A DNA stretch of 63,919 nt, filler included, from Choristocarpus tenellus KU-1152 (GCA_964200185.2; 10 parts of 10 records of this genome joined end to end with filler, not necessarily neighbours in it); one strand, 5' to 3'. Shown: positions 12,569 to 26,488, numbered from the whole stretch's first letter. The notes: generated by a model from the sequence alone, not told the origin. Made by a program: numbers and translations.

Positions 12569-15500
12569 CTCTCTGTCCACACCGTACAACCGTACACCAG
12601 AACCTCAGCTACATCGGTCTTGAGCATCCGAATCTTCAGCTCAAGAAATACATTATGTATTTAGTCATATACTTACAAGCAATAGTTCATTATCCACACC
12701 TGTGTCCAGGGTTTCTAAGTGGTAGATCTCTCTGTTGTAATATCAGCACCATTGTTACAGGCGAATAATAGCGCGAGCATTTCTTCTCGTGTTCTAGCAA
12801 ACATAAGCAGCGTACGAGATTGGGAACACATAGGTGGCCTTACAGAATAAATGCTGTTTTTTTAGAAGATGCAGAGTAAGATTCGAAATGCATACGTAAC
12901 CTTACAGAAGAAACGTCAATTCCAATAAGTTCCAGAATAAAGGTTTATGATAGGAGTATGTATACAGCAGTTTGCTGATGTCTTTTTACTTTTAGTCTGT
13001 AGAAACTGGGTGAGTGACGCAAATAAAGAAAACTATGATGGCCACCAAAGCACTTCTTACTCCACTCTTTTGTCTCGAATATAACATTAAGTCAAGCATT
13101 GAGCTAAGCACTGATTGAAGCATAGAGAGAAGAGTAGCTGAGATACCCGCAAGTGGCGATCAACTGTGGAAATACCCCCGTAGCGTCGTTTTAAGGTCGT
13201 TGGATCAGAGTTGCACATCCTGTGGAGGTGAGTTCTGGAGCGCGTTGTAACAGCATTGCTTAGCCTCTGAGATGAACAAACTTATCAGTCTGGTTGCACC
13301 ATTCCCTCAAGCTCGATCTGCATTTCGTCTGCTTTCATAGGACACTTAGTAATACGTAGTAATAGGAGCATTAGGAACTAGGAACATTGTATGGTGTCAT
13401 GCAGCACTACGTAGTACTAGGACACTAGGACCACTATCGGACAACACAAAGCACTACATGGCGCTATTGGAGCCACCAGTATTATCGGAGCAACTAGGGC
13501 TATAGGGGTTACTGGCACTATCACAACCACCAGGAAACATTATAGGTATAGAGCACACTGTGTAATGCCTTCTAGTGGCTCGTACCACTTCATCATAGTG
13601 AAGTGTATAGATGTATCAGGTCTTGTGTTTTTATACGCTCAGGTACAAAGAACAACCAAGCACTCTGAGAGGCAATATGAGGGTGTTATATTGTTGTGCT
13701 ACCTACCACCTTGTAGTATATCGCGGCTCCGGTGACTCTAGGACACAGATGATGCTTAACAGCAGTACAACTCTCAGAGCTAGCGTTGAGAAATAAAAAT
13801 AATTGAAAAGTGATATTCTGTTGATCAAGAACGATTCAATTAACTCGATTATGTCAAAGCATGTGGGTTTGATGAAACACTGAGTGTCATAAAAAAAACC
13901 CGAAGCAAATCACGCAACACCTGTGACAAACAGTTGAACAACCAAAGAATCAACCTCAGTTATTCTTCAGCTGAAAATGATAGTATCACTTGAATCTCTG
14001 GAACTGAGAACCACTACCTTCACTCTGCTTTGCACTAACCCGTGGTCAGGGACACTGCACATTGCACTACTGCTTACTAAGTGCAACCTAAATATGCTAC
14101 ACAATCGAATAAATGATGCACTGCACCGTACGTACCTTGATCTTTCCTCGTGTGTTGGAAGCAGCTATCCCACCACTCGTCACTCTGCCTCCCTCAGATC
14201 TTGTGCAGTATTAGCATGGTCACAATGAAGCCTTGCCATCTCGATTCCAGTTGCTGCATTCGTTTTTGTTGTTCAATGCCAGACCAGAAGATGCACAGAA
14301 CTTTCCGATGTATGCTTGCCATGTGGCCTGGGCCAACAAAATCAAAGTCCCTAGAGATAAATTCTGGCCTCAAACTGGTGCATTCCAATGGCAATAGCAG
14401 ATAGACCTCAATTCGAACACTGATAGCACCACAAGGTACCTTTTGTCGCCTTAAATCGTTCATAGTTCGCTCCCATTCACTACATAGTGCTGTTGTCACG
14501 TTGTAGAACTCTTAGCCCTCCTAGTGCTATGTTGTGCTACGTGTCGCCTTAAAGCAGCAGTCCTAACGCTCCTAATGCTACATGGTGCTACATATTGCTT
14601 ATTTACACCCTTAGTGTCCCTAGTGCTGGTGGCACTTTTATCGCTACACAGCATTGTGTATCGCCTTAAAGGGCTCATAGTCCCCCTAGCGCTCCTGGTG
14701 TTCCGTAGTACTACATTTCACTTAATATTTGCCACTACGAGTGCCATAAAATACGACATGGATTTGCAATCCTCTTGCAAGGTGATCAAGATGGTTCATA
14801 TTTCGTATTACAATTCTGAAATTCTTTGCAGGGTATATAGCTCCGCACACTAGTGTAAAAACTGATGTTGGATGGACCTTGCATGGGCCGTACACGTCAC
14901 CATCATGTCACCATAGCTTCTAGCGGTCAACATGCACATACGGAGAACTTTTAGTGTTACACAGTACCCCGTGTTCCTTGGAGGCTACGCACACCCATAC
15001 TCACACACACACGTATACATGTATGCATGTCCAGAAACTTTATTATTATCAGGTATGTCAACAAGGAACAACACCTTGTCTTATATATCTTGCTGTGACC
15101 GAGACATGTACATATTAGAAGTGACACGGATGATACGGATACGACAGCGACCACAATTTATATTTTTTCATCTCTCTTAGGCATGCTCTTAAGGGGTAGG
15201 AAAAAGAATCGCGGATGTTAATTATGGAATTATTCCCCTGCATGCAGTGTATCAACCCCCCCCCCCCCCCCTCTCTTTCCAATAGCTTGTACCCACTAAA
15301 AACCTACAAAACCAGTAAAACCTGGATTGGAATGACTAATGAACAAGANNNNNNNNNNATGCTCTTAAGGGGTAGGAAAAAGAATCGCGGATGTTAATTA
15401 TGGAATTATTCCCCTGCATGCAGTGTATCACCCCCCCCCCCCCTCCTCTCTTGCCAATAGCTTGTACACACTGAAAGCTTACAAAGCAAGTAAAGCGTGG

Positions 15501-16114
15501 ATTGGAATGACTAATGAACAAGATTCATCCACCACAACATTTTTCTTTTGTTGTATATGATTTTGACACAACAGCCACTACGACAGAGGTGAAAGGCACA
15601 AAAATTACACAAGGATGAATGGAGTCACGGTTTTCCCCACACCCTTCACACACGGAGATCCCAATCCCAGACACAAGTGTATTATGGTTTCCTAGCATGG
15701 CATGACGTCAAGCTTTCTCAGGATAATGTGTTTTTCCAAGCCCGAACCTCACGATACAAAATACGTACAAAACGTGCCTGCTTTGCGAGGCATCTGGGGA
15801 TTTGATGATGGACCAAATCCCCACCAAATTAATACGAACGTTAAACTGAGTCATATGTGATATACACAAACACAAGCAAAAATATATGCACTAGAAGGCA
15901 GTCGGAAAGATCCCATTACTCGATGGCAACCCCCTATTGGGCCATTGATACGGCTCAAATTGGGAATGGTATAGTGTGTAGTGCTTCCAACCATGGGCCA
16001 GGTTGGTCCTCTCATGGGCTATAGAGTGAAGACAATGAACATTAATAATTACCATGCCTAAAGAATATCCTGTTCTCACACTTTGAGAGATCATTTGTAC
16101 TGCCATTTGTCCCT

Positions 16115-16277
16115 GGCCCAAAGTATCTGTCTACATCAGGGTGTCCATTTGGGGCATAACCAGGAAAAGCAAACTTACATTATCGATCCGTATGGAACCA
16201 AATCACCCCAAAATCGCGATATTAAAGCATTGGCCCCAAATGGAGAGCCGCCACCCCCCCCACAGATACTTTGAGCC
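16115..16277 (+). mobile_element. MITE family A (Sola-like), complete, 4-bp TSD CCCT
   Basis: CCCT|GGCCCAAAGTATCTG...CAGATACTTTGAGCC|CCCT; the interior is homologous to the 12385 copy. Confidence 0.9.
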
Positions 16278-17656
16278 CCCTCTACTTCCTCCTTTAAATA
16301 TCCCATTGTGGAGTTTTCATGTCAGCGTCACTCAACAATGTTTGCTCACCACCTTGTTCCTGTTTTCCTACGTTTTTATATTGCAGTGACAAACCCAGGA
16401 TATTACAGATGTAGAATCCTAAGTGCTTGCCACGTGAACTTGGATCCTTGAGACCGAATTCTTCGTCAATTGAAAAATCGAGGTTAAACCCGTGTACTTT
16501 TTTGTGAGAGTACTGGCCTTAGAGGCATTGAGCTACAACAAGAGATCTCATTTCATATTATAGATTTTGATACCAGAGCTGGAGCTTGACATTTTCTGCA
16601 CTCCGCTATACAAAGCACTATTGGATACTATGCTACAAGAGGAAATACAAACCTGAGACATGTAAAAGTCAATCTAGCTTGGAGGTTTACAAGTTCTGAC
16701 CTTTTTGAACTTTTGTCGAGAATTGGTGCTTGAATACTTGTGCGATTGCTGGATTGCGATTATGTGGTTATAATGTAAGAGGTGACGCGTGGAGGCATGC
16801 GCGTCAGTAACGTAGCGTCAAGGATGTTTGGTTAAAGTGACTGTCCATACTATTACGGAGATGTTGGGGTTTGTCCAGGACGCATCAGTGCCTTATATAG
16901 TGCTGTTTTAAATGGTGCAATACACCCTATATATCCACATTCTGTGTGAACAATAGAAGACCCCCCAAAAACGAAGGCGTCACTGTAGTAGATATGCTGA
17001 AAAAATAAAATCGCCAGATTGAGCAAAGTCATTTTTCGCCACGTACAAAAAGACAGTTGCCATTTCTGAGGATCCTTACAATGCAGCCACCGTGTGAATC
17101 TCTAGGTCAGTACGACTCGCATTGCATTAGAGTCGTCCTATCCGAGAGGGAGTGTCTTGAAGTATTTAGGGGTCCTTTGACTGCATTGTGGTACATGAAC
17201 GCACTTCTAGCACTCTGAAGGGGCATGTCAGTTCTTACGTGGACAAATATTTGTCTTTTCTTCTATACCTACAGCCTCTCATGGGGGGTTGAATGCAATT
17301 GAGGAATATATAACGGAAATTGAATGTTAAGGCAGAAGGGTTCAATGGCCCTTATTAGTCACTAAAAACGGCCTGTACAGACCCCCCTCTAAGACTAGAC
17401 AGCTCTAGTTAGTGCTCTAAAGAGCCAGGAGTTTATCCTACAGCGCTTTAAGTGCTTTCTACGACCTTTTAGAATTCAAAGTACGACATGGTACCGAAAA
17501 TGTTGTGTTTTTTGCTGCGCCGATATGAGCACTAAAAAAGTGTAAAACGTTCTAACCATTGTAAGTGTTTGTGGCTCATGATTCGGAAAGTCTCTTGTGG
17601 CCCTTCGAAACCCACACTGGGTCCCTCTGGTTAGCCTTGACGTATACGTAAAGGCA

Positions 17657-17858
17657 CGATTTTGATGTAATTTTGGCTGTCGTGTTTGTTAGAAAGTGTC
17701 AGTATCCTTGTTCCAGACACACCTTTTCACAACATATACATTTTACCTACTTCAAAACATTTTGGAGTAGGAAAATGTAATAAAAAAACCCACATGGGAA
17801 CCCAAGCCCCAAATGGACAAACAGGGCAAAACAAGTACCCTCTAAGATAATTTCACTC
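17657..17858 (+). mobile_element. MITE family B, 5'-truncated; another MITE terminus starts at 17871 and runs into the gap
   Basis: Ends TACCCTCTAAGATAATTTCACTC. The body matches 43750-43956. Confidence 0.85.
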
Positions 17859-18007
17859 GTGTATTAATTGGATCAAAATATCTTAGGGGGGGGGGGTGGT
17901 TTGTGAGNNNNNNNNNNNNNNNNNNNNNNNNNNNNNNNNNNNNNNNNNNNNTTAATTAATTAANNNNNNNNNNNNNNNNNNNNNNNNNNNNNNNNNNNNN
18001 NNNNNNN

Positions 18008-20643
18008 TGTTCTTTGTCCTTCATTAAAGCACCATAAAAGCCGCGGGTCCAGTGTGGGATAGTTCAACATCTGTCTGGTAATAATCCCACCCCAACAACT
18101 TACACTAGCGCTGTGACCCATAATCCTCGTCGTGGACAGGTCCCTCGGACAGAATTCGTGCAGTTGCAACGCGAATGCCAACGGCTAGGTACGGAGGTGG
18201 AACGTCACTGAGCGGGGGAAGCACCCCTCAACAGGGCCCCAGCTCGGTCGTTGACAAATACACCTCCCACGGTCAGTGCCACTGACAATACCTCACGACC
18301 CCAAGACATGGCACACTACGCAGATTCACCATCCACACTTCAGTACACCATGGATCAACACCGAAGTAGTGTGTGCCAGTACTCGGGGTGCTGGGCAGCG
18401 ACTCATGAGGGTCACACAACCCAGTCGTGCCTAGATAATCCGAGGGGTGCTCGTCTGCCACACTTGCGTCGTAGAGGCAGGGGTCATTGGGGTTGCGTTC
18501 GCGAAGATAGACAGTCAATACTGGGCCAATATGGTCCTCGTCCCTAGGGGTGCCCAGGTGGATTTGACTCCTGTCCACTTGGGAACAGTCATGGTGTTGT
18601 TGACACCATCGTAGGGAGCGTCAGAGGTTGACACCAGTCGCATCTCTTGCCCCGCAGGCATCGTTTATCTCCTGCACGTGTGCCACTAAGCTTTTTTCTT
18701 TGCCATTAGTTCAACCAAATTCGTGTAATAATAATGAAACTTGGTTCAGTTCTTTGTACAGATACCCATCCATGCCCAAACCCTTATCGTTTTTATCACA
18801 AAGGGTTCACGTATCTGGCACCGTTGAAGAACATGAAGAATATGACTCGGCTATTGACACAGCTAGTGATGTACCATGTATTTCACAAATATTTGTTCGC
18901 AATCACCCTCAACTGAAACGTTTTGATGTGCATCCTGCCCCACCTGGTGCAATAAATCTACCTGCAGCAAACGGTTCATCATTGCGTACCCGTGGATTTA
19001 TTCGTTTTGTACTTACACTTGGTGACACCACATTGCCAGTTGAAGCTTTAGTGATTCCCCCACTTGGTCCTGATAAATTTCTGCCTGATAATAGCGTTAT
19101 GCAGGCCTTAGGTGCAATCCTTGATTGGCAAGAACCACGTCTTTCATACCACAACAGTTCGTGTACCATTTCAGCGAGACATCACTTGACAAGGAGCCCC
19201 ACTCAAGTACGTGATACAAGTACCACTCCTTCGTGCTCTGTGTGATGGTGAACTATTTACTGGTTCCACTACTGTGTTTCCGGCAGTGGACCAGGAGCAA
19301 TTGCGCAAGGGGCAGGAATCTTAGTTCGGATCATATTTCAGGTATTTGCATTCCCCCAACGTCGCCCCACCTCCTCATAAGGAATCAATTACTTCTATGT
19401 TGTATTTTTTCCTTCGTAATGGCTTACTGTATCGTTCGTATTTACCAGGCCATCTTCGTAAGAGGAGCACGTTTAGAGACCAGTTGGTCGTTCCTCACTT
19501 GTTAGTCCGTCTTGTACTCCATGCTTGTCATGACCATGGATTGTCTGGAGGTCACTTAGGTTTCAAACCCACGTTCGATAAGGTTAGAGACTCGTATTGG
19601 TGGCCAACATTCAATATCGATGTTTGTACATGGTGTCGTGATTGTCAAGAATACCAAACGCATAAGACTGCTCATAAGAAGCCTACGCTTCCTACGGGCC
19701 ATATGCCCGTTGACAGACCATTTCAACGTGTTGCTATTGATTTGGTAGAATACAAAGCACGTTCCCCAGCAGCAAATGGTGTAATGTACTCGTACGTGTT
19801 GTTTGCCATTGACCACCTCACTCGTTTTGTTGTGCTGAGCCCTATTCCAAATAAAGAGGCCACAACAATTGCTCGTACGCTGATNNNNNNNNNNGTACCG
19901 AATTGGAAAACAGTATTGTTGCAGAGTTGCAGTCTGTCTTTGGTTACAAGAAAACCAAAACCTCACCGTATCACCCCCAAGGAAATTCTGTATTAGAAAG
20001 AGTACATGCTACGTTGCATTCTATGCTAGCAATGTATATCTCTGTTGCTGAGGATAACTGGGCATCGAGCGAAATTATCTTAGAGGGTACGAGTTTTGCC
20101 CTGTTTGTCCATTTCGGGCTTGACTTCTCATGTATATTTTTATGATATTTTTCTACTCCAAAATGTTTCGGAGTAGGTAAATGTGTAAGTTATGAAAAGG
20201 TGTGTCCGTAACAAGGATATTGACACTCCTAACAAACACGATAGCCAAAATTATATCAAAATTGCAACATTGGATTTTGATCTCCAAATGGACACGGCTC
20301 TACCCTCTAAGATACTTTGTCTCCATCATTATTGCCTTTCGTACAGTTAGCTCATAACAAAGCATTCAGTGCAAAGTTGCATGAAACCCCGTTTTTCCTC
20401 CTTCTGTGTGGAAGATAAGCTCGTTTACCTGTTGAAATTATCTTTGGTTCGTCTAATAATGCTGATTCAGATGTCACTACTGAAGAGTTTACTCAGCAAA
20501 CCAAAGATAATTTCCAGCTTGCTTTTGAGTTGGCACGTCGTAACCTCCATGAACACATTAAAAATCAGGAGCGTGTCAACCAACATCTCGTGTTCCCTGT
20601 TTTCGTACCTGGTGATCAAGTTCTAGTCCATAGGCCACATGAG
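18008..20643 (+). mobile_element. Ty3/Gypsy LTR-retrotransposon remnant: aspartic protease and integrase; RT/RNase H absent; interrupted by a MITE
   Basis: Protease-like AIDTAS...AANGSSL...LGAILDW (~18800-19150). Integrase H-H zinc region HDHGLSGGHLG...YWWP...C, then core motifs DLVEY, DHLTRF, YHPQGNSVLERVH, DNWAS|LLPFVQLAHN and PGDQVLV. Confidence 0.9.
20067..20323 (-). mobile_element. MITE family B (Sola-like), complete, 4-bp TSD CATC, inserted in the Gypsy integrase
   Basis: CATC|GAGCGAAATTATCTTAGAGGGTA...TACCCTCTAAGATACTTTGTCTC|CATC. Removing it restores the frame DNWASLLPFVQLAHN. Confidence 0.95.
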
Positions 20644-20771
20644 NNNNNNNNNNNNNNNNNNNNNNNNNNNNNNNNNNNNNNNNNNNNTTAATTAATTAAN
20701 NNNNNNNNNNNNNNNNNNNNNNNNNNNNNNNNNNNNNNNNNNNCAAAAGTGTATTCTTTGTCTAGAATGGT

Positions 20772-20960
20772 GGGCCAAAGGTAGGGGGGGGGGGGGGGGG
20801 GGGTGGCGGCAGCTGTTCATTTGGGGTCAATTTTTTTATGTTACCATTTTTGGGTGATTTGGTTTCATACGTCGGATGGATAATGTAAATGCACTTTTCC
20901 TGATTTTGGTTCAAATGGACACCCTGGTGTAGACCCCCACCCCCCCAGATACTTTGGGTC
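20772..20960 (-). mobile_element. MITE family A copy (left end degenerate, near the contig edge)
   Basis: Reverse complement of the 12385 copy; ends CAGATACTTTGGGTC. Confidence 0.85.
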
Positions 20961-22256
20961 AGTTTAAAAAGTGCTGAGAGGAGGACTATGGTGAGAAGTA
21001 CCCAAACTGTGAAAAGATCTTCCGCAAATGTGCTTCCATGGTGGGGAAGAAAACTGTTTTTCTTCAAGGAAAGTCACATCAGGGTTGGTATGATAGGATG
21101 TGATACCAAGATCAGCAAAACAGATAGTGGAAAACCACAATAGACAGAGGGGTACATGCAAAATAAATTGAGTTCCCTTGATCTGCCAATAAAAGGATCT
21201 TGGTGAAGAAGACAAGGATGTTGGGTGACGAACCCAGTGAGGAGGCACAATTACAGACAAAGTAGGTGCTGAGACACATAGTGAACACCACTGGGAACTG
21301 AAGGATGTATCCATTCATATCATAGCAATCCATTGACGATATACTGTCGTGTAGTCAGGACATCATAGATACGGATTATAGTCCCATCACTCAAGCCCTA
21401 TCGATATTCTGTTGAATGCATCCTCTAGGTATAATGTGAGTGGATTGTTGTTTTCATGGGGTGTGAAAGATATTGCCTTGCCCCCACTATATGGGCGTTT
21501 GATCAGCCTAAACTGTAGCTAGGTGGGTATGACCGAGAAGGGAATGAAAACTGGTTTAATGGACTTTTCTCAACTGATCATGATAAGTAAATATTTTTAT
21601 GAAATTATGGGATTTAAAGAATTTCATCCTTTTTGTTTTTAAGGCAACAATAGTAATATAGCATTGGTGAACTGCTTTGGAAAAGAAAAAAATATATGAC
21701 CAACTAGCTTAGTCTGGGATAGTGATGACCACACTAATGCCAATGTGTACCCTCCAAAAATGAATATAGACCATAGCAGGAAATATACTCTTTTATTATT
21801 GTTATCATCCTCGGATTATGGAACAGTGGAGAAGCAAACCACACACTTGAAACAACGATTTTAAAAAGTAAAACAAAAAGGGAACAGCAAAAAAAAATGT
21901 GACAAAAATCAAGCAGATTTGCAGGATAATAATGGAAAACAAGGAAGCAAGAATATAGAAGCAACAAAAACAGATATAGGAAATAAAAAAATTGGAGCCG
22001 AAAAGAGCAGAGGTTTTTCATCAGTCTGAGCAACTATCATTTTGGGATCAAGGTCATCACTGTGAGACAGACAGCCCATGGCCTAAACATGTTAAAACAG
22101 TTGATGTTCATGGATCAGCTCTGTTCGAGTATATTGGTACATGAATGGGCCACAGTCCGACCATGTTGAAAAATTTGATGGCCATGGATTGACCCTTTCA
22201 AAATATAATAGTACAAGGTCAGCTCACAGCCCTTTCACAGTTGAGTTGTTGGTAGT

Positions 22257-22330
22257 GTTCTCGTGGCTCAATGGGGAGGAGGCTATTCCCTGCATGAAGT
22301 TCACGGGTTCAAATCTCATCAATACAGACA
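22257..22330 (+). mobile_element. tRNA-derived SINE-like or pseudo-tRNA segment
   Basis: A-box-like TGGCTCAATGG and B-box-like GGTTCAAATC at tRNA-like spacing. No convincing cloverleaf. Confidence 0.4.
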
Positions 22331-23599
22331 TCATTTCATGGAAATTTGGTTTTGATATAGCAAGTCCATGGTGTCAAGCGTTACAGATTGTCTACCTATA
22401 CTATCCTATTTGGCACTATACCACAAAAACGGTCCAAAAACCAGGCATCAAGATGTTATTTCAGATTGATGCTAGGCATGTCTGTAGACCTAGGCCAAGA
22501 TTTTCATGCATACACCATTTGTGTTGACTTCGAGCTTATTTCTTGGGCTTGCTCAAGGCTCACTTACTGTGAGAAGTGTTGTGTGTAGCACCTTCGACCA
22601 CTGCTCATGATAGTCCCCAGACTAAAGTGAAAACAAAACTAGTAACAATAGAAAACATGGCAGTAAGTTGACAGCCATGGACAGAAAAATATTTTAATCA
22701 GACTGGCCCAGTCGAAATGGGTTGGGCTGACCGAGTCAATTAACCAAATTATATATGTTTCAGATACATGTGAGAATATATGTTTCACAATAAAAACCTT
22801 CAGCCACTAACCTATCAGCCATTGTTATTGGATCATGTTCTAGAAGCAGACTCACATGCTCTTGCAAACACTTGGTTAGGATTGCTCAGTGTTGGTGTTC
22901 GAGGGCAATGACGAAGTCATCAAGATCACTCAGAAGGTTGAGTATGGGGTAGGACAAAGCACAATTGCGTCTGCTACCACCATGTCCAGCATTTGGAAAG
23001 GGGAGTGAAGATCCTCATAGTAGTAGGTTTCTGATCTACAAAGTACCAATATGCTGATGTCTGACAAAGATCATGTCAGATGAGTCCAATTAATGTCCAA
23101 TTGACGTTCTAAAATTGTCATGCACGGTATGTAACGGGACTAATTGGACTAATTGGACTAATTCGGGTTTTTAAGTTGTGATGCTTGTTTCTCACCGTGT
23201 GATTCCATTGAGGGGAGCGTGTGAAGAACACGCTTGAAACCTCACGGGAAAAAAAAAATTACGTAGGAAACTAAATTGACAGAAATGAACACGAACGTGT
23301 TCTGTAGAACGGAAGGTTGGCATTGACTAGATGCTCTTGATATAGGAACAAATCTCTCGGAAGATCAGTTTACACACAGTCTGGTACACAGAGACTGACT
23401 CAAGTCTGACGGTCAACTGGCGCATGATGAACACCCAACAGGTTCATGGTCCTTCAGTTCCAAAGGGCTTGCTCCTCTCCATCATGATGTATAAACGGAA
23501 ATGATCGCCACAATATTAAATACAACGCAGAACGAGTGTGGAAAACCAACAGTTCGTTTCAAACCTTTTTACATAGCCAACCCTGAAGGTCATGACACA

Positions 23600-23677
23600 A
23601 TAAGTTTCTGGGGGGGGGGGGGGGGGGGGGGGGCGCCATGGGGGACCTTTTTTTTTTTTGGTCTGTTTGTTTGTGGT

Positions 23678-23719
<42 letters not shown>

Positions 23720-23862
23720 CGGCTGTCCATATGGGGCCAATTTTTTCATGTCGCGATTTTTGGGTGATTTGGTTCCATACGTTTGATGGATAATGAAAGT
23801 GCACTTTTCCTGGTTTTGGTTCAAATGGACACTCTGGTGCAGACCCCCCGCCCCCCCCCGCA
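23600..23862 (-). mobile_element. MITE family A copy with expanded poly-G tracts at the contig end
   Basis: The interior GATTTTTGGGTGATTTGGTTCCATAC...GTGCACTTTTCCTGG...CAAATGGACAC matches family A. Confidence 0.8.
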
Positions 23863-24043
23863 CCACATTNNNNNNNNNNNNNNNNNNNNNNNNNNNNNNN
23901 NNNNNNNNNNNNNTTAATTAATTAANNNNNNNNNNNNNNNNNNNNNNNNNNNNNNNNNNNNNNNNNNNNCAGCCAGAGCAGGTACTGAGGCAGCGTGTAT
24001 GCAAGAGAGCAGAGCAGCTCCTGAACCAATACTATGTGTATAG

Positions 24044-25644
24044 TGGTCGTCATGAGGCCCGACACATTTCTATGGCACTTGTACTTGCCTATGTCTTTGA
24101 TGTTGGTATCCCTGGAAGGAGGGGGAGTCCTGGGGACATTGGCCGTGGATGCGTTGGAGGGGTCCTTGTCGGTATGCTGCACCGCCTGGCCACCTCCTTT
24201 GCCCCGAGTCTAGCAGACCTCGTAAACTCTCTCAGAGAACATACGTACAAGGAGATCAATCAGCGAGATCCAGCACTATATGCCCATTTAACTGCAGCGT
24301 TCCCAGGTTAGTTTTCTCCAGAGGTTGCAGCATCTGCTCTGAAGAGCTCCTCAAATCACAAGCAACTCATGCATTCAACGCAACAACACCTACTGCAACA
24401 GTGCTTGCAAACTTACTACTCAGAAGTGCTAGCAACTACAAAACAATTTGGTGCAACTTTGGGACACTTGTTTTGCATGACTGACTTCCCTTCTTGGAAT
24501 TGGTATTTTCTTTGTAGGACCTACCTCAAGAACAACACAATAGCACAAAGTTGTGTCTATATGCCTTCCATTGAGGTGTGAACACTCAGTGAAGCGTTCA
24601 GCTTGCGTTTCCACTCAAACCTTCAGGACAACTTAAGCTGCCTATTTCTACCCCCTACCCCCTGCATTGCACTTTGAAGTATTTTGTTGAGCACAGCGCC
24701 AAGAAAACCCTTGTCTCAAGTGGAATATTATCTACTCTTAGAGCGCTATGGAGCAGTCTATTTCCACATTATTATCATGGCTTGCTAGACATGTGAAGCA
24801 GAGCATGTTGAGAGTTAGCACTCAAAAGTAAGACTCAGGGTCAACCGTTACCCAACCTTCAATGCCGACAAATTCAAAATAGTAGAGATTATGAGCAGAA
24901 GAAGGGTCACAAGTGGGGATAGATTTGATATTTGCTGTATACGCAGCACCCCACTTTTCAAGCAAAAGCTTTATTATAGCTTTAATTTCTTCTAGACTTG
25001 CAAGTGAATCAGTTAACATGGACAAACGCCTTCAAGTAAAAAGGACAATGACAAGAACTCCTACTCAGAATGCATGCGATACACAGAGGTGGGGTAGGAT
25101 AAGTCGATGGTGCAGAGTATCATATTGCAATTAAACTCTGGACACATAGAGCGAGAGCCTCACACACGCATGTCAGAGTTGAAGTGCCATTGAAACACCT
25201 CAAGACAAGCACCACTTGGCACTATCATCTCCCAAACCACTCAACGAGGTCTCCCCCACATCTTACGCCTTTCTAAACGAAGAAGTACAAAGGAAGACAG
25301 AGTTGAGGGTGACAGAGGGCATTCGACTTCACCGCGGCCCTGTGGAACTCTGGCTCGAGGATGCTCTGGCAGGCTATCTGCGTGAGGATGCACTCCTCTT
25401 CGTCTGGGACCATATGTTCCTCCTTGGCTGGCGGGAGCAATTGCCACTCTTTGTAGCTGATGTCGCCATGAAAATGCGTCACCTCCTCCTACCTGTGGTT
25501 ACGCCAGCAGTTTTGTTGAATCGGGCAAAAGAGTCCCGCCACATGGTTTTCACACGTGATATTCGGGAGGCGTATCAAGCAAGAGCAGATACACGTTTGA
25601 GGAGGAACGGTGGGAAAGAAAGTCAGGAAGAAGATCTGCTCTAG
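24044..25644 (+). CDS. 3' exons (about 24044-24306 and 25205-25644) of a Rab-GAP/TBC-like protein
   Basis: Phase-1 GT-AG intron (CCAG|GTTAGT...CAAG|AC) joins the frames. ELWLEDALAGYLREDALLFVWDHMFLLG resembles the C-terminal TBC helix motif. Stop at 25644. Confidence 0.6.
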
Positions 25645-25960
25645 AAAATGTACCTGTTTCAATGGTACAGTGGACTCTCTCTTTACAGGAGGAGGGGGAG
25701 AGAGGAGAGGTCGTTTGTATGGTGGTGTCCATGCAAGGAGGCGAGAGAGAAGGGCTACTTCAACATCAGAAGAGAACTTCAGCCTTGGCCAAGAAAATCT
25801 ACTCTCCAATCCTCAGGAGGACGTACCCTTGCGCCCTACCCACCTCTGGTGGATGGAAGCATTTGGCATGGGCCCATTGTATCCTAGTGGGGGAGTCATG
25901 CGTCCATATTCAGGGTCTGTGTGAACCTGTAGTGATTTTCATGTCATCTGAGTGAACGTG

Positions 25961-26488
25961 TCAGATGTAACGGCAACTTCCTTTATCTGAAAGCACCTTC
26001 CTTTTCCGTCCCCCTGCCATAACCAAATCCGAAAGAAAATCACTCACAAAACGGGCATCAAACTGTGGTATCTTACAACACATCCCATCAAGCTCTGAAT
26101 GGACAACCTCAGCTAAACATCCACCCCTTTTACGTACTATGGTTCCATGAGCAGTGGGACTTGTGTCCTGTTGCATTTGAACGTCCCCCGACGGATTCAA
26201 CAGGCTTAACCGGCAGTTGCCACAAACAGATAAATCCACTTGCTCTCTCCTTTTGGTAAGTTTAGTCTGCGTCACTTTCTCAGCCTCAATCAGGTATGTG
26301 TGATGCACTCTTAAAGCCATTGCAACAGGGAGTGGTGAGCAAGACTCAACAAAGAAGTGATGCGTGCTGACTTCAGTTAAAGCTGCTTGAGAACGATGAT
26401 GTATGTTTATGATTAGATATCCCTGATATTGGTCATGTTCTTGTTGAGCTCCTTCAAAAAGGTCTGACATCAGTCGCCGTATCTCCAC
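25961..26488 (-). CDS. Possible terminal exon of an unidentified convergent gene
   Basis: 175-codon open frame that ends about 300 bp from the TBC-like stop. No family recognised and no splice partner resolved. Confidence 0.35.
   Translation of the reverse strand: MEIRRLMSDLFEGAQQEHDQYQGYLIINIHHRSQAALTEVSTHHFFVESCSPLPVAMALRVHHTYLIEAEKVTQTKLTKRREQVDLSVCGNCRLSLLNPSGDVQMQQDTSPTAHGTIVRKRGGCLAEVVHSELDGMCCKIPQFDARFVSDFLSDLVMAGGRKRKVLSDKGSCRYI

Noticed and set aside
15183-15524. ~165-bp direct repeat around a 10-N gap
   Set aside because: Most likely overlapping contig ends or haplotypes left unmerged at a scaffold gap.
23501-23866. Poly-Gly/poly-Pro ORFs
   Set aside because: They arise from G tracts of MITE family A at a low-quality contig end.
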